DNA from: Amoebidium appalachense
Taxonomy: Eukaryota > Protista > Ichthyosporea
Direction of reading: 5' to 3'
Assembly (NCBI GenBank): GCA_963693365.1
Contig: CAVNZM010000009.1
Location: 8,475,408 to 8,539,407 of the forward strand
Length of the DNA: 64,000 nucleotides
Every line of letters begins with the position of its first letter. The first letter of the stretch is position 1. The position numbers and the translations under genes are program-made. This document shows, in pieces, positions 54,561 through 64,000 of this stretch. Below the pieces are notes generated by a model. The model searched no databases and was not told the origin of the DNA. It saw only the letters and a list, made by a program, of their open reading frames with translations.

Positions 54561-55862
54561 TCCCCCCTCCCCCCTCCCTACTTTCAGGCTCTCTATCCCC
54601 CCCCCCCCCCCCCCGTTTTCTCTCTCTCTCTCTCGCTCCCTCGCTCCCTCTCTCCCTCCCTTCTTCAACCCCTTCCCCACCCCCCACCCCCCCACCCCCC
54701 ACCCCCCCCTCTGTCGATCCCCCCACCCCACCCCATCCCCCACCCTCCCCCCCAAAACCCGAATTTCTTGGGATAACCATTGTGATACGAAATAGCTATG
54801 CTTTTTATTGCTTACTACTGACCGGCACTGCAACAGCCTAGTATCCTCAAAGCCGGGCAGGTGGACAGAGCCCACTTATACATACCTCACAAGTGAACAC
54901 AGCCAAATTGCCTGCCAAACACCCGTACTGCCTCCAACAGTTACGTGGCTGCGCGCAGAAATTTGATGACCAGGTCCTGCAGGCGGGCCTGTGAGGCTGT
55001 GAGGCGTTTATGACGAACTGAGTGGGCTGGCTAGGCCCAGCCAGTGTAGTTCGGGAACCCTCACCGTATGATAATGCAATTGTGCTCGATCGCTTTCTGG
55101 CCGGCTGCGGTCCGTGTAACTTCTCAAAAACCAGCGCTCCCTTTGTTATAGAATTAATAGATCTAAGAATCGGCATAAGTATTGTCTTCCAATATATTTT
55201 TTAAAGTTTCCGGTCATGCTTCAAGTTCAGGCAGGGTCAGGCCTTGCTAAGTAAAAAACTGAGACCTTGTTCAGAATTGAGAGTCTAGGGAGAGCTTTGC
55301 AATGGTATGATCTGATTCTTGGCAGAATGATCTGAGACTGGACCCTAAATGCGACAAGGGACTTTTTTTGGTATACTAATACAAGAGACACCTGTTGATT
55401 ATATGAATATTAAAAAAATAAGTTCTATTGTTAATGGTACAAAGAAGAGGAGCCTGGTATCACTGGGTGTTTTCGAGCAGCCAAGCTCGACTGGGTGTAG
55501 TAAAATCTCGAATTCCAAGACTTCACAGGGGATGGCTGATGGAATGTGCGAAATGCAATTGCTATTGGAAGATAGGTCGTTTCCGGATCAGGGTTCGAAG
55601 GACGGTGGAGCCCATTAACGGAAGTCGAAATCCCGTTTCGGAAAACCTCTTCGAAAATCGGAATGCTCCGTCGGAGCAGGCCCACCAAAAATCGTAATCG
55701 TCGCGCATCAGTAAACTATGGCATGCTGTTTTATTTGTGCCTATATTGCATCAAAATGTAATTATAATGTACCCCTGTGGTTATTAGAGGCCTTCCTGGT
55801 GTTGGCAGTTGAAGCTTTGAAGGAATAAAAGGGAAATATGAAGCGCATTAATGCACAATATT

Positions 55863-56808
55863 AAGGCAAACCTTATGATCCTTAACATAGACAAATGTGG
55901 TGTTCTTGTACCTGATATAGCCAACAATTTACACACATTTACATTATCATCTAAACCTGTACCTATAGTTCCAGAATACAAATATCTTGGTGTTCCGGTT
56001 GATTCTGTTGGTGTTATGTTTCCCCATATGGTCGAAAAGAGGGTAGAGTTGGCTCGTAAGCGGTTAGCTTTCTTCTCGGCTAATATTTTTAAAGACACAC
56101 CCCTCCATCCTTCTATTAGACTTACATTTATTCGCACTTTTGTCTTCCCGGCATGTGAATATGGTTTACCCCTTCTCGCCGCTTGGATCAAGAAAGAGAG
56201 AACTAGAGCGCTTAAACCCTTGGCAAATTTCCTTGAAGCAGAAGTTGCCTCCTTTCTATCTAACAACTGTTGTAAACCTGGGCCTGTAACGCTCTCGATA
56301 TATGGTCTGGTCCCAATAGCTGCTAGAGATAGTATCCTATCTCGCGCTGAAATTCAATAAGCACATAAGCCGCTTAAAGAAGTATGTGCCCTCCCACCCT
56401 CTCTTCTCTATCCGACCTGTCCCCTCCTCCCCTCTCCCCTCTTTCATTCCCTCTCTCTCCCCTTCTCCCCTGGGCACAAATACAAATAAACCCGCAATAG
56501 TGTGTGTGTGACTTTGGACTGCCACTTACTTATTAAACATGTACACAATCACAAGATAATCACGCAATATAACAAATGGAAAAAGATACCACACGACACT
56601 AGACCCGATGAAAGCATACACCTTGAAAAACTAAGCCTTATGTCTCGTTTTATATATACTGACCGCCTCAACCATATTGCCAAATATGGCACTCGCAAAT
56701 GTATAACACCTAAATACATATTACCTTCCTGTAGAACTGGTCTTTCTCTAGCTGATGGTATTTAATTTATTGATCAATTACCACGCTTTTACTGTACACG
56801 TGCTATAC
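55863..56808 (+). mobile_element. Inverted partial copy of the adjacent LINE ORF2 (matches 57918-58854)
   Basis: Identical translation KANLMILNIDKCG...LVPIAAR. A small insertion at ~56330 causes a frameshift and another lies near 56765; few substitutions. Confidence 0.95.
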
Positions 56809-57462
56809 CATCAGCAAACTTCATCCGGCATCCGAAACCCATTAAAACCCCATTAAAGATATCATAAACCCATAAACCCATCTTTTTGCCACTCTTTATC
56901 CCCCTCTTGTCTTTTAGATAACATAACAGCATCGTTTTGCTATCACGGATTTTCTGGATATCATTTTGGTATCTTTTGCTAGATATCTAAATGATCTCAT
57001 AATGGGCTCATACGGAGCACCCTGAACCCATCGTTGTTCTATCCTGTATTCCATGTATTCAACAACCTCGTTATATCCGTATGATACCATTATGATAGTC
57101 TATTTGATATCATAAAATGTTTTTAGTCTGATGTTCAGAAGCGTTTTAGACATAATAAAGATATCTCTAAGAGCGGATTAGGAGCCCTTCACCATATCCT
57201 TATGGTAGCTATCACATATCCTTACGATATATATGATAATCGATCATAAGATACATATATATCTATATGGGGGTTTACGCTGTTTACTCGAGGCAAAGAG
57301 AACCAGTCTCAGGTATGGGGGGGGTTTTGCTCGGAATATCCCCTCAGCGGTATATCATGATCACGTACATAGATGTCGGGTGGTGACTATATATCAGGGT
57401 TTACTTTCTCTACGAGACACCATAAAGACTACAAGGAGAAATCAATTAGTTGGGGTTCCCCT

Positions 57463-57518
<56 letters not shown>

Positions 57519-57573
57519 TAATTTTAATTTTTTTTTTAAAGGGGCTTCCCTCGGGACACTCGGTATCAGCTGG

Positions 57574-57634
<61 letters not shown>

Positions 57635-57648
57635 TGTGTGTGTGTGCG

Positions 57649-60600
57649 CTATAATTTTGTAGTGATGTGTTTCTCAAGCCAATCAATACATCTAATAAAC
57701 AGGTCGTAGTTACGCGTGTTTAGTATAAAATCAAGGATGTTGTAATTTACAGGTAGGCTATCTTTCTGGGTGTCTGTTGTGAATGTGACGTGTGTGTGTT
57801 GCGGTATTATGTGGTCTATCAAACTACATTTGGCGATACATGACCGGTTAAACTGGTGTGTGTGTGTGTTGTTTGGGCATGCAAATGATGCCACCTTATA
57901 CTTATTAGATCTCCACTGTATAGCACGTGTACAGTAAAAGCGTGGTAATTGATCAATAATACCATCAGCTAGAGAAAGACCAGTTCTACAGGAAGGTAAT
58001 ATGTATTTAGGTGTTATACACTTGCGAGTGCCATATTTGGCAATATGGTTGAGGCGGTCAGTATATATAAAACGAGACATAAGGCTTAGTTTTTCAAGGT
58101 GTATGCTTTCATCGGGTCTAGTGTCGTGTGGTATCTTTTTCCATTTGTTATATTGCGTGATTATCTTGTGATTGTGTACATGTTTAATAAGTAAGTGGCA
58201 GTCCAAAGTCACACACACACTATTGCGGGGTTTATTTGTATTTGTGCCCAGGGGAGAAGGGGAGAGAGAGGGGAGGAAAGAGGGGGGAGGTGAGGAGGGG
58301 ACAGGTCGGATAGAGAAGAGAGGGTGGGAGGGCAAATACTTCTTTAAGCGGCTTATGTGCTTATTGAATTTCAGCGCGAGATAGGATACTCTAGCAGCTA
58401 TTGGGACCAGACCATATATCGAGAGCGTTACAGGCCCAGGTTTACAACAGTTGTTAGATAGAAAGGAGGCAACTTCTGCTTCAAGGAAATTTGCCAAGGG
58501 TTTAAGCGCTCTAGTTCTCTCTTTCTTGATCCAAGCGGCGAGAAGGGGTAAACCATATTCACATGCCGGGAAGACAAAAGTGCGAATAAATGTAAGTCTA
58601 ATAGAAGGATGGAGGGGTGTGTCTTTAAAAATATTAGCCGAGAAGAAAGCTAACCGCTTACGAGCCAACTCTACCCTCTTTTCGACCATATGGGGAAACA
58701 TAACACCAACAGAATCAACCGGAACACCAAGATATTTGTATTCTGGAACTATAGGTACAGGTTTAGATGATAATGTAAATGTGTGTAAATTGTTAGCTAT
58801 ATCAGGTACAAGAACACCACATTTGTCTATGTTAAGGATCATAAGGTTTGCCTTGCACCACTCTGACACTACATCGAACAATCTTTGCAGGCGTCTAGGG
58901 GTACGGGCAAGGAGGGACAGATCATCAGCATAGAGAAGTGCAGGCGGAAAGTTATTAATAGGGTCATCGTTTTCGGCGTAAATCTTGACAGCCAAATCAT
59001 CTATAAATAGGTTAAACAAAAAGGGGCTAAGCAATGAACCCTGCAAGAGACCTCTAGTACGAGCAAAACCATATGAAAGATGCCCATTAACCACAGCTCT
59101 ACCATAGGTTTGAGACAAGAGTGCTTCTAACAGAACACCAATGCAGTGTGGTACACCCCGTGCAGCAAGCTTTTCCCATAGGAGATCAGGGGAGACAGAA
59201 TCGTAAGCAGTTTTCCAATCAATAAAGCCAACATATTGTGCACCAACTTGCATAGAATCGTGCAGTGCCATTATTTGAACATAACATGAATTGTTTTTAC
59301 GAAAAGCGGATTGGCATGGGTGTATGTGAAGAATAGATTGAAACCTAGGGTGGTGTGCAAATAACCTAAGTAAGCAAGCTTCAAAGAATCTACGAACAAC
59401 CTGGGTTAGTGTAATGGGGCGAAAGGATGATATGGGGCCCTCAGAGTCCTTCTTAACTATGGGGATCACTAAGGTATCTAACCAAGATGACGGGACATGT
59501 CCACATTTAACACACCAAGAAAAGAGAGAGCTTAACATGATAGTAAGATCAGGTTTAATAGCACGATCACTTTCCTTTTGTGGGTAGGAGGGAACAAGGA
59601 TTTTAAGAAACCCAGCAGGGAGTCCATCAGGTCCACAAGACTTACTAGAGCTATAACTAGATATCACAGACCATATGGCATCGGGGCTGAAAAAGGGGAG
59701 GATCGATTCTATGGGGATAGATGGGTCTACAGGCCACACAATAGGTTTCTGAGCGGGGGTCCTATCTTTAAACAGTTCCGAGAAATACTTATCAGAGTCT
59801 ATGAGGGGGTCTCCAGTGGTATCACCAATAATACGAGCAGGGGGGCCAAATCGATTCATACTAGCAAGCCGGCGCAAGCTTTCCTTTTGAGACAGGGGTT
59901 CACCTAGTCTAGCGGGAGTGGTGTTTGGTAACAAGAGAGCATCGGGATATTCCTTCCTACCACCGCCAGCATAATCACCGAGATCTATCAAATCATCAAC
60001 AATAAAGTTAGTGCATGTATCTAGTACGAGATGTGAATCTGGCCTGGCTTGTGCAGATTCTAATAGGCGCATATATATAGGGTGTTTCGTAGCATAGCAT
60101 ACACATACATCAACTCTACCCCACTGTGACTTAAGCTGGGATAGACGGAGGCGAAAGGTGGGAGGAGGAGGGGGGAGCAGATCAAGGGAGATCTTAGGTA
60201 GGAAAAGGATAGGAGAGTGGTCAGATGACCTAGAGAGGTTAGGAGGGAGAGAGAGTTTTGACATGGTTGATGGCCAAAAGGCCACTCCCCAGTCGGTGTT
60301 GTGGGCATGGGATATTTGAGGGAACCGCAAAGTGTGACTTTGGACATACCTTGCTAAAGGGATAGCACGCTCCGGGGGCTTAGATGGGTACCCGACACTC
60401 ACTTGCAGTGTGTCTGTGTGGTGGAGTCGCGTGTTAAAATCACCTAAAATAACAGTGGACATTGGTAACTGTGACAACTCGTGAGTCAATTCGACAACCG
60501 ACATAGATGGTGGGTAATATACAAAAGTAAAAACATTAGAAAGAAACTCTATAGAAACCGAGAATTCCGTTTTTGCTACCGGTTTGCACTTCACTCTCAC

Positions 60601-60843
60601 GTGTGGTGTGGCAAGTACAATAATGCCGCGGTTTTTCGCGTAACCGGGGTGTGTGGATGTGTCGACCAATGTAGAGTTGAATTTGTTGTGGTTTTTAAAC
60701 TGTGTTTCGCAAATCACTGTAAACGTGTGGTTGTTTGTCTGTTGTTGTATGTAGCTGATTTTATCGTCGAGTGTCCCGGGGGGGAGGCCCTTTTGGGGGC
60801 CCAGTGTCCGAGCATTCCAGAAGAAGAAGGATAAATTAGGCAT
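57649..60843 (-). CDS. LINE ORF2: AP endonuclease and reverse transcriptase (1064 aa)
   Basis: FWNAR, ICET, VYYPP, LGDFN, SDH; KSCGPDG, FRPIT, QSAFR, DWKTAYDSV, GLLQGSLLSP, LYADD, YKYLG; C-terminal Cys/His cluster. Confidence 0.97.
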   Translation of the reverse strand: MPNLSFFFWNARTLGPQKGLPPGTLDDKISYIQQQTNNHTFTVICETQFKNHNKFNSTLVDTSTHPGYAKNRGIIVLATPHVRVKCKPVAKTEFSVSIEFLSNVFTFVYYPPSMSVVELTHELSQLPMSTVILGDFNTRLHHTDTLQVSVGYPSKPPERAIPLARYVQSHTLRFPQISHAHNTDWGVAFWPSTMSKLSLPPNLSRSSDHSPILFLPKISLDLLPPPPPTFRLRLSQLKSQWGRVDVCVCYATKHPIYMRLLESAQARPDSHLVLDTCTNFIVDDLIDLGDYAGGGRKEYPDALLLPNTTPARLGEPLSQKESLRRLASMNRFGPPARIIGDTTGDPLIDSDKYFSELFKDRTPAQKPIVWPVDPSIPIESILPFFSPDAIWSVISSYSSSKSCGPDGLPAGFLKILVPSYPQKESDRAIKPDLTIMLSSLFSWCVKCGHVPSSWLDTLVIPIVKKDSEGPISSFRPITLTQVVRRFFEACLLRLFAHHPRFQSILHIHPCQSAFRKNNSCYVQIMALHDSMQVGAQYVGFIDWKTAYDSVSPDLLWEKLAARGVPHCIGVLLEALLSQTYGRAVVNGHLSYGFARTRGLLQGSLLSPFLFNLFIDDLAVKIYAENDDPINNFPPALLYADDLSLLARTPRRLQRLFDVVSEWCKANLMILNIDKCGVLVPDIANNLHTFTLSSKPVPIVPEYKYLGVPVDSVGVMFPHMVEKRVELARKRLAFFSANIFKDTPLHPSIRLTFIRTFVFPACEYGLPLLAAWIKKERTRALKPLANFLEAEVASFLSNNCCKPGPVTLSIYGLVPIAARVSYLALKFNKHISRLKKYLPSHPLFSIRPVPSSPPPSFLPSLSPSPLGTNTNKPRNSVCVTLDCHLLIKHVHNHKIITQYNKWKKIPHDTRPDESIHLEKLSLMSRFIYTDRLNHIAKYGTRKCITPKYILPSCRTGLSLADGIIDQLPRFYCTRAIQWRSNKYKVASFACPNNTHTHQFNRSCIAKCSLIDHIIPQHTHVTFTTDTQKDSLPVNYNILDFILNTRNYDLFIRCIDWLEKHITTKL

Positions 60844-62020
60844 CGGTTTGGTCCGACACCTGTGGGGTTGGTTCCCACTTGTCGCTTACGGGGTCGTATG
60901 CACGACCTTCCGCCAGCGCGAACAGTTCGCAGAAGAGCTCGATTTCCATCTCGCATCGGCGTTTGCGCTCGAGCAGTTTCTCACCAGAAAACATTGGTTC
61001 CTTCGTGTCCGTGTCTATCACGCTCGTAGCATCGTTTTCCAACTTTGCGAGGAACTCTTTTGCCTTGCTGATGCGTACACGACAACGTGTGGCGCACGCA
61101 TTCTTAGCAGACACTTTACGTTCTTTGTCTGCTTTCTGAATGTTTTCCGGCGCGCATGGGTCGTAGCTTGGGAGGTGGGTGAAGAAGCTTCCACACCCCT
61201 TTGTCGCGTCACGGATGAACGCACGGTTATAGTCGCCCCGTACTGCTACTTCCAGCACATCGTATCCAATGAAGGACAGACAAAGGATGCGAGAGCACCG
61301 GAAGCCGAGAGCCTTGAAGATGGACCACATGGCCCTGTGTGGGCGTCTGCCGTGCTTGACTTTGAAATACACCCTCTCGTATTTGGGTGGGATGTTGATG
61401 TTACCGTTTGCTTGGGTGTTCCCCTTAGCCGGCGGTTTGGGAGGGGAGTTGCGGCGGTACTCGTTGCCTGCAAGAATGCTGGCATATGTTTCCTTGGCAA
61501 TTTGGCGGAGCTCGGGTGTTTTACGAGAGTTCGCATATTCTAGGAACTCTGCCGGGAGCTGTGCTTCCGGTCCTGTGTTGTTTTGTGTTGGGGTGGAAAT
61601 GTCTCCGTCGCGAGATGTTTGCTCATGAGTTTTGGGGTTTTGCGATCCACTAATGTTTAGCTGGGCTGTGAGTGAATCAATGGTGAGCTTGAGTTGGGTA
61701 TTTTCTGTTTGGAGTTTTTCTATCATGTTCTTGAGTGGTAACAGCTCATTTAGCTGTTTCTTAACGAGGGCAAGTTCTGCCAGTACTGTATCAACCGAAA
61801 GTTTCGGCATGGTTGTTATTGTGTTTCTACGGAGTGGTGTGGTGTTATTCTGAATGGGTAGTGTATTGTAAATAGGTGTTGCGCTTAGTCTAAGGCGATG
61901 TTTTTCTGGTTGTGCATCTGTGGTAGGTGTATCTGCTGGACGTTTTAATGGTCGCACATGTGTGATGGGTGTAGATGGAACTTTGAAAGAGGTTCTGAAA
62001 CGATTATAGGCATGTGCCAT
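60836..62020 (-). CDS. LINE ORF1 (394 aa, coiled coil plus RRM-like region)
   Basis: Lies directly upstream of ORF2 with an 8-nt overlap (ATGCCTAA). Contains a heptad region, TYASIL, and LG...SRIL....V..DY...YDP. Confidence 0.88.
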   Translation of the reverse strand: MAHAYNRFRTSFKVPSTPITHVRPLKRPADTPTTDAQPEKHRLRLSATPIYNTLPIQNNTTPLRRNTITTMPKLSVDTVLAELALVKKQLNELLPLKNMIEKLQTENTQLKLTIDSLTAQLNISGSQNPKTHEQTSRDGDISTPTQNNTGPEAQLPAEFLEYANSRKTPELRQIAKETYASILAGNEYRRNSPPKPPAKGNTQANGNINIPPKYERVYFKVKHGRRPHRAMWSIFKALGFRCSRILCLSFIGYDVLEVAVRGDYNRAFIRDATKGCGSFFTHLPSYDPCAPENIQKADKERKVSAKNACATRCRVRISKAKEFLAKLENDATSVIDTDTKEPMFSGEKLLERKRRCEMEIELFCELFALAEGRAYDPVSDKWEPTPQVSDQTDA

Positions 62021-62125
62021 GACATGGATGGGGGTGTTCCCCGGCCCTTAGGGCCACGGATGGCCCGGTTTAGGGGTGGATGCGCGAAGGATACTATTTA
62101 TTAGCAGATAATAAAAAGCGACATT

Positions 62126-62270
62126 TGAATCGATGTGTGCGACTGAATCGATGTGTGCGACTGAATCGATGTGTGCGACTGAATCGATGTGTTGCGACTG
62201 AATCGATGTGTGCGACTGAATCGATGTGTGCGACTGAATCGATGTGTGCGACTGAATCGATGTGTGCGAC
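62126..62270. repeat. Minisatellite: 8 copies of TGAATCGATGTGTGCGAC (18 bp; one 19-bp variant)
   Basis: Seen directly; no spacers between units. Confidence 0.97.
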
Positions 62271-63519
62271 TGGATATCATTTCGAGGTCATTATAGGAGG
62301 ATTCGTATATGGTAATACATCTATAAGATACTCTTACAGATGTCCTTTTCATATACAACGGATAGGTATAGGATGCCGAAAACATTATCTAAAGATCATA
62401 CGTTAAATGTCATAACGATATAAGCCTCATAACATAAAGATAACTAGGATGGGTCAAAAGAAATTTCGTAATAATATCGTTTTGATAGTTTTAGGAGCCT
62501 TTAAAGATATGAGAAGTTCTGGCTGTATGTCCTCTACACGACATCTTTCTAGTATCTGTTACATATCTTTAAAACATATAGTAGTTTATCAGCTAACCAT
62601 TCCTTATGATATTAGTAGCATATCGTTAAGATAACTCTGTCACATCTTTTTGACATACAGCACATATATCAAAACGATAAATTTAAGGTATAATTAAGAT
62701 TTATTAAGAATGATTTTCGCAATATAGTTATATTATCCTTTTCATATCATTATGTTATGTCTTGATATATATGATTGAGCCATTTTCAAAGTTGATATCA
62801 TCCAGACGTCGTTTCCGATCACTGTTTGATCTCGTTTTGCCCCCCCCCCCCCCCCCCGCCCCTCACCCCTTTCGAACCTGCCTGTCACGTGGTCATATGT
62901 CGTCGAGCCGCTGATTACAGATCCATTTTCTGCAGACACGTCCCACTGGAACGTGTCAACTATAACTCATCTATTATCTTTTACGTAGGGTTATGTCCCA
63001 CTGGGGCGTGTCTGTCACTTCAAATATTTTCTAAGACAAATATTTTTAAAGACATGTCCTCGGGACATGTCTTGGGACATGTCTTCACACAATTTATTCG
63101 AACTACGAAAACACACAAAATAAATACACAGACACACACAAAATAATAATAATAATAATAAAAATAATAAAAAGCTCTGTTACTTTTTCTCTTCGCACAC
63201 ACACACACAAAAAAAAAGAAAAAAAGAAAAAAAAAGAAAAGTCACTCTTTTGTGTGTGTGTGGGGGGGGGGGGGGGGGGGGGAAGGAGTATAAAAGAGCA
63301 GCAACGAACATAAACAAAACTCAAAACAAGCAAACTATTATGCGGGTTTCTAAGAAGCTCCCAACATCATTAAACTAAACACATGCTAATCCCTTGACAG
63401 AAGAGTAACAAGGTGTGTGTGTATGGGTATGAGGCCCAAAAAAAAAAAAAGGACGCCCAACATGACAATATAAGGGGGGCACTCTTACACCAAACCATAC
63501 CATACCAAATGCCGGCAGA

Positions 63520-63768
63520 GTAATTAACAGGACAAAGAGCCGGTACCCACCTATGGGTGCTAAACATGCACATGATCATTCATGTGCTATAAGAGCAACA
63601 CAGAAACGAACACGGAAACAACAGCAGCCATAGGACAAAGAACCAGACCCACAGGGTCTTGCCTCCATACTTTATTTACCTTAACAGGACAAAGAGCCGG
63701 TACCCACCTATGAAACGAAAAACGGAAACAACAGCAGCCATAGGACAAAGAGCCAGTACCCACCTCTA
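63520..63768. repeat. Mosaic short direct repeats
   Basis: ttaacaggacaaagagccggtacccacctatg at ~63523 and ~63682; acggaaacaacagcagccataggacaaaga at ~63612 and ~63722. Confidence 0.85.
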
Positions 63769-63868
63769 GATGATAACGTAGCCTTATAGCTGCTGATGAC
63801 TTTATGGGCCCACCTTTCCAAAACCTTTTAAGGTTCGGGCTAATATTTCTCTTCTCCTTCTGGGGAAA

Positions 63869-63901
<33 letters not shown>

Positions 63902-64000
63902 CTGACTGAGAGTGGCAAAAAAAGAGTCGACAGAACCAACCTTAAACATAGTAAGGACGGAAACCCGGACCAGAACTTATGAAGTCTAGAGAAGCAGAAA

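Larger units (their letters stand above)
57464..62030 (-). mobile_element. Apparently full-length, intact non-LTR retrotransposon (LINE)
   Basis: ORF1 and ORF2, a short 3' UTR with (CA)n, and a poly(A) tail (T run 57464-57512). The 5' end and TSD were not resolved. Confidence 0.93.

Noticed and set aside
57440-62050. LINE TSD ggggttcccctg versus ggggtgttccccg
   Set aside because: The match is imperfect and would leave almost no 5' UTR, so it is not accepted as a TSD.
62126-62270. CRISPR-like array
   Set aside because: Units are contiguous with no spacers, there are no cas genes and the context is eukaryotic.

Overview
Eukaryotic, intron-rich, repeat-dense DNA full of poly(C)/poly(G), (CA)n and (GA)n tracts; most short ORFs in the track are low-complexity artefacts, and the host lineage cannot be assigned from this window. 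Left part: the first three exons of a minus-strand dihydrofolate reductase gene (4590-6721), followed downstream on the same strand by a disrupted Penelope-like retroelement with an N-terminal GIY-YIG endonuclease (Chlamys/Naiad layout, 557-3632), plus a THAP-domain ORF and two MITEs. Centre (16.5-46.6 kb): a five-level transposon nest whose three outer junctions can be rebuilt at base level. An old LINE is interrupted by an Ngaro-type tyrosine-recombinase retrotransposon with split direct repeats (17031-45851). That is interrupted by a chromodomain Ty3/Gypsy LTR element (20555-43941, TSD CCTAC). That is interrupted by a 15.2-kb CAC...GTG TIR element (25252-40403) carrying two divergent, decayed multi-exon genes, one with a 2OG-Fe(II) oxygenase-like segment and a tandemly amplified exon pair. 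A short LINE RT fragment lies inside this last element. Right part: an unexplained intronless 316-aa ORF, an apparently intact two-ORF APE-RT LINE (57464-~62030) and an inverted partial copy of it. All calls are by eye from motifs; no database searches were run.
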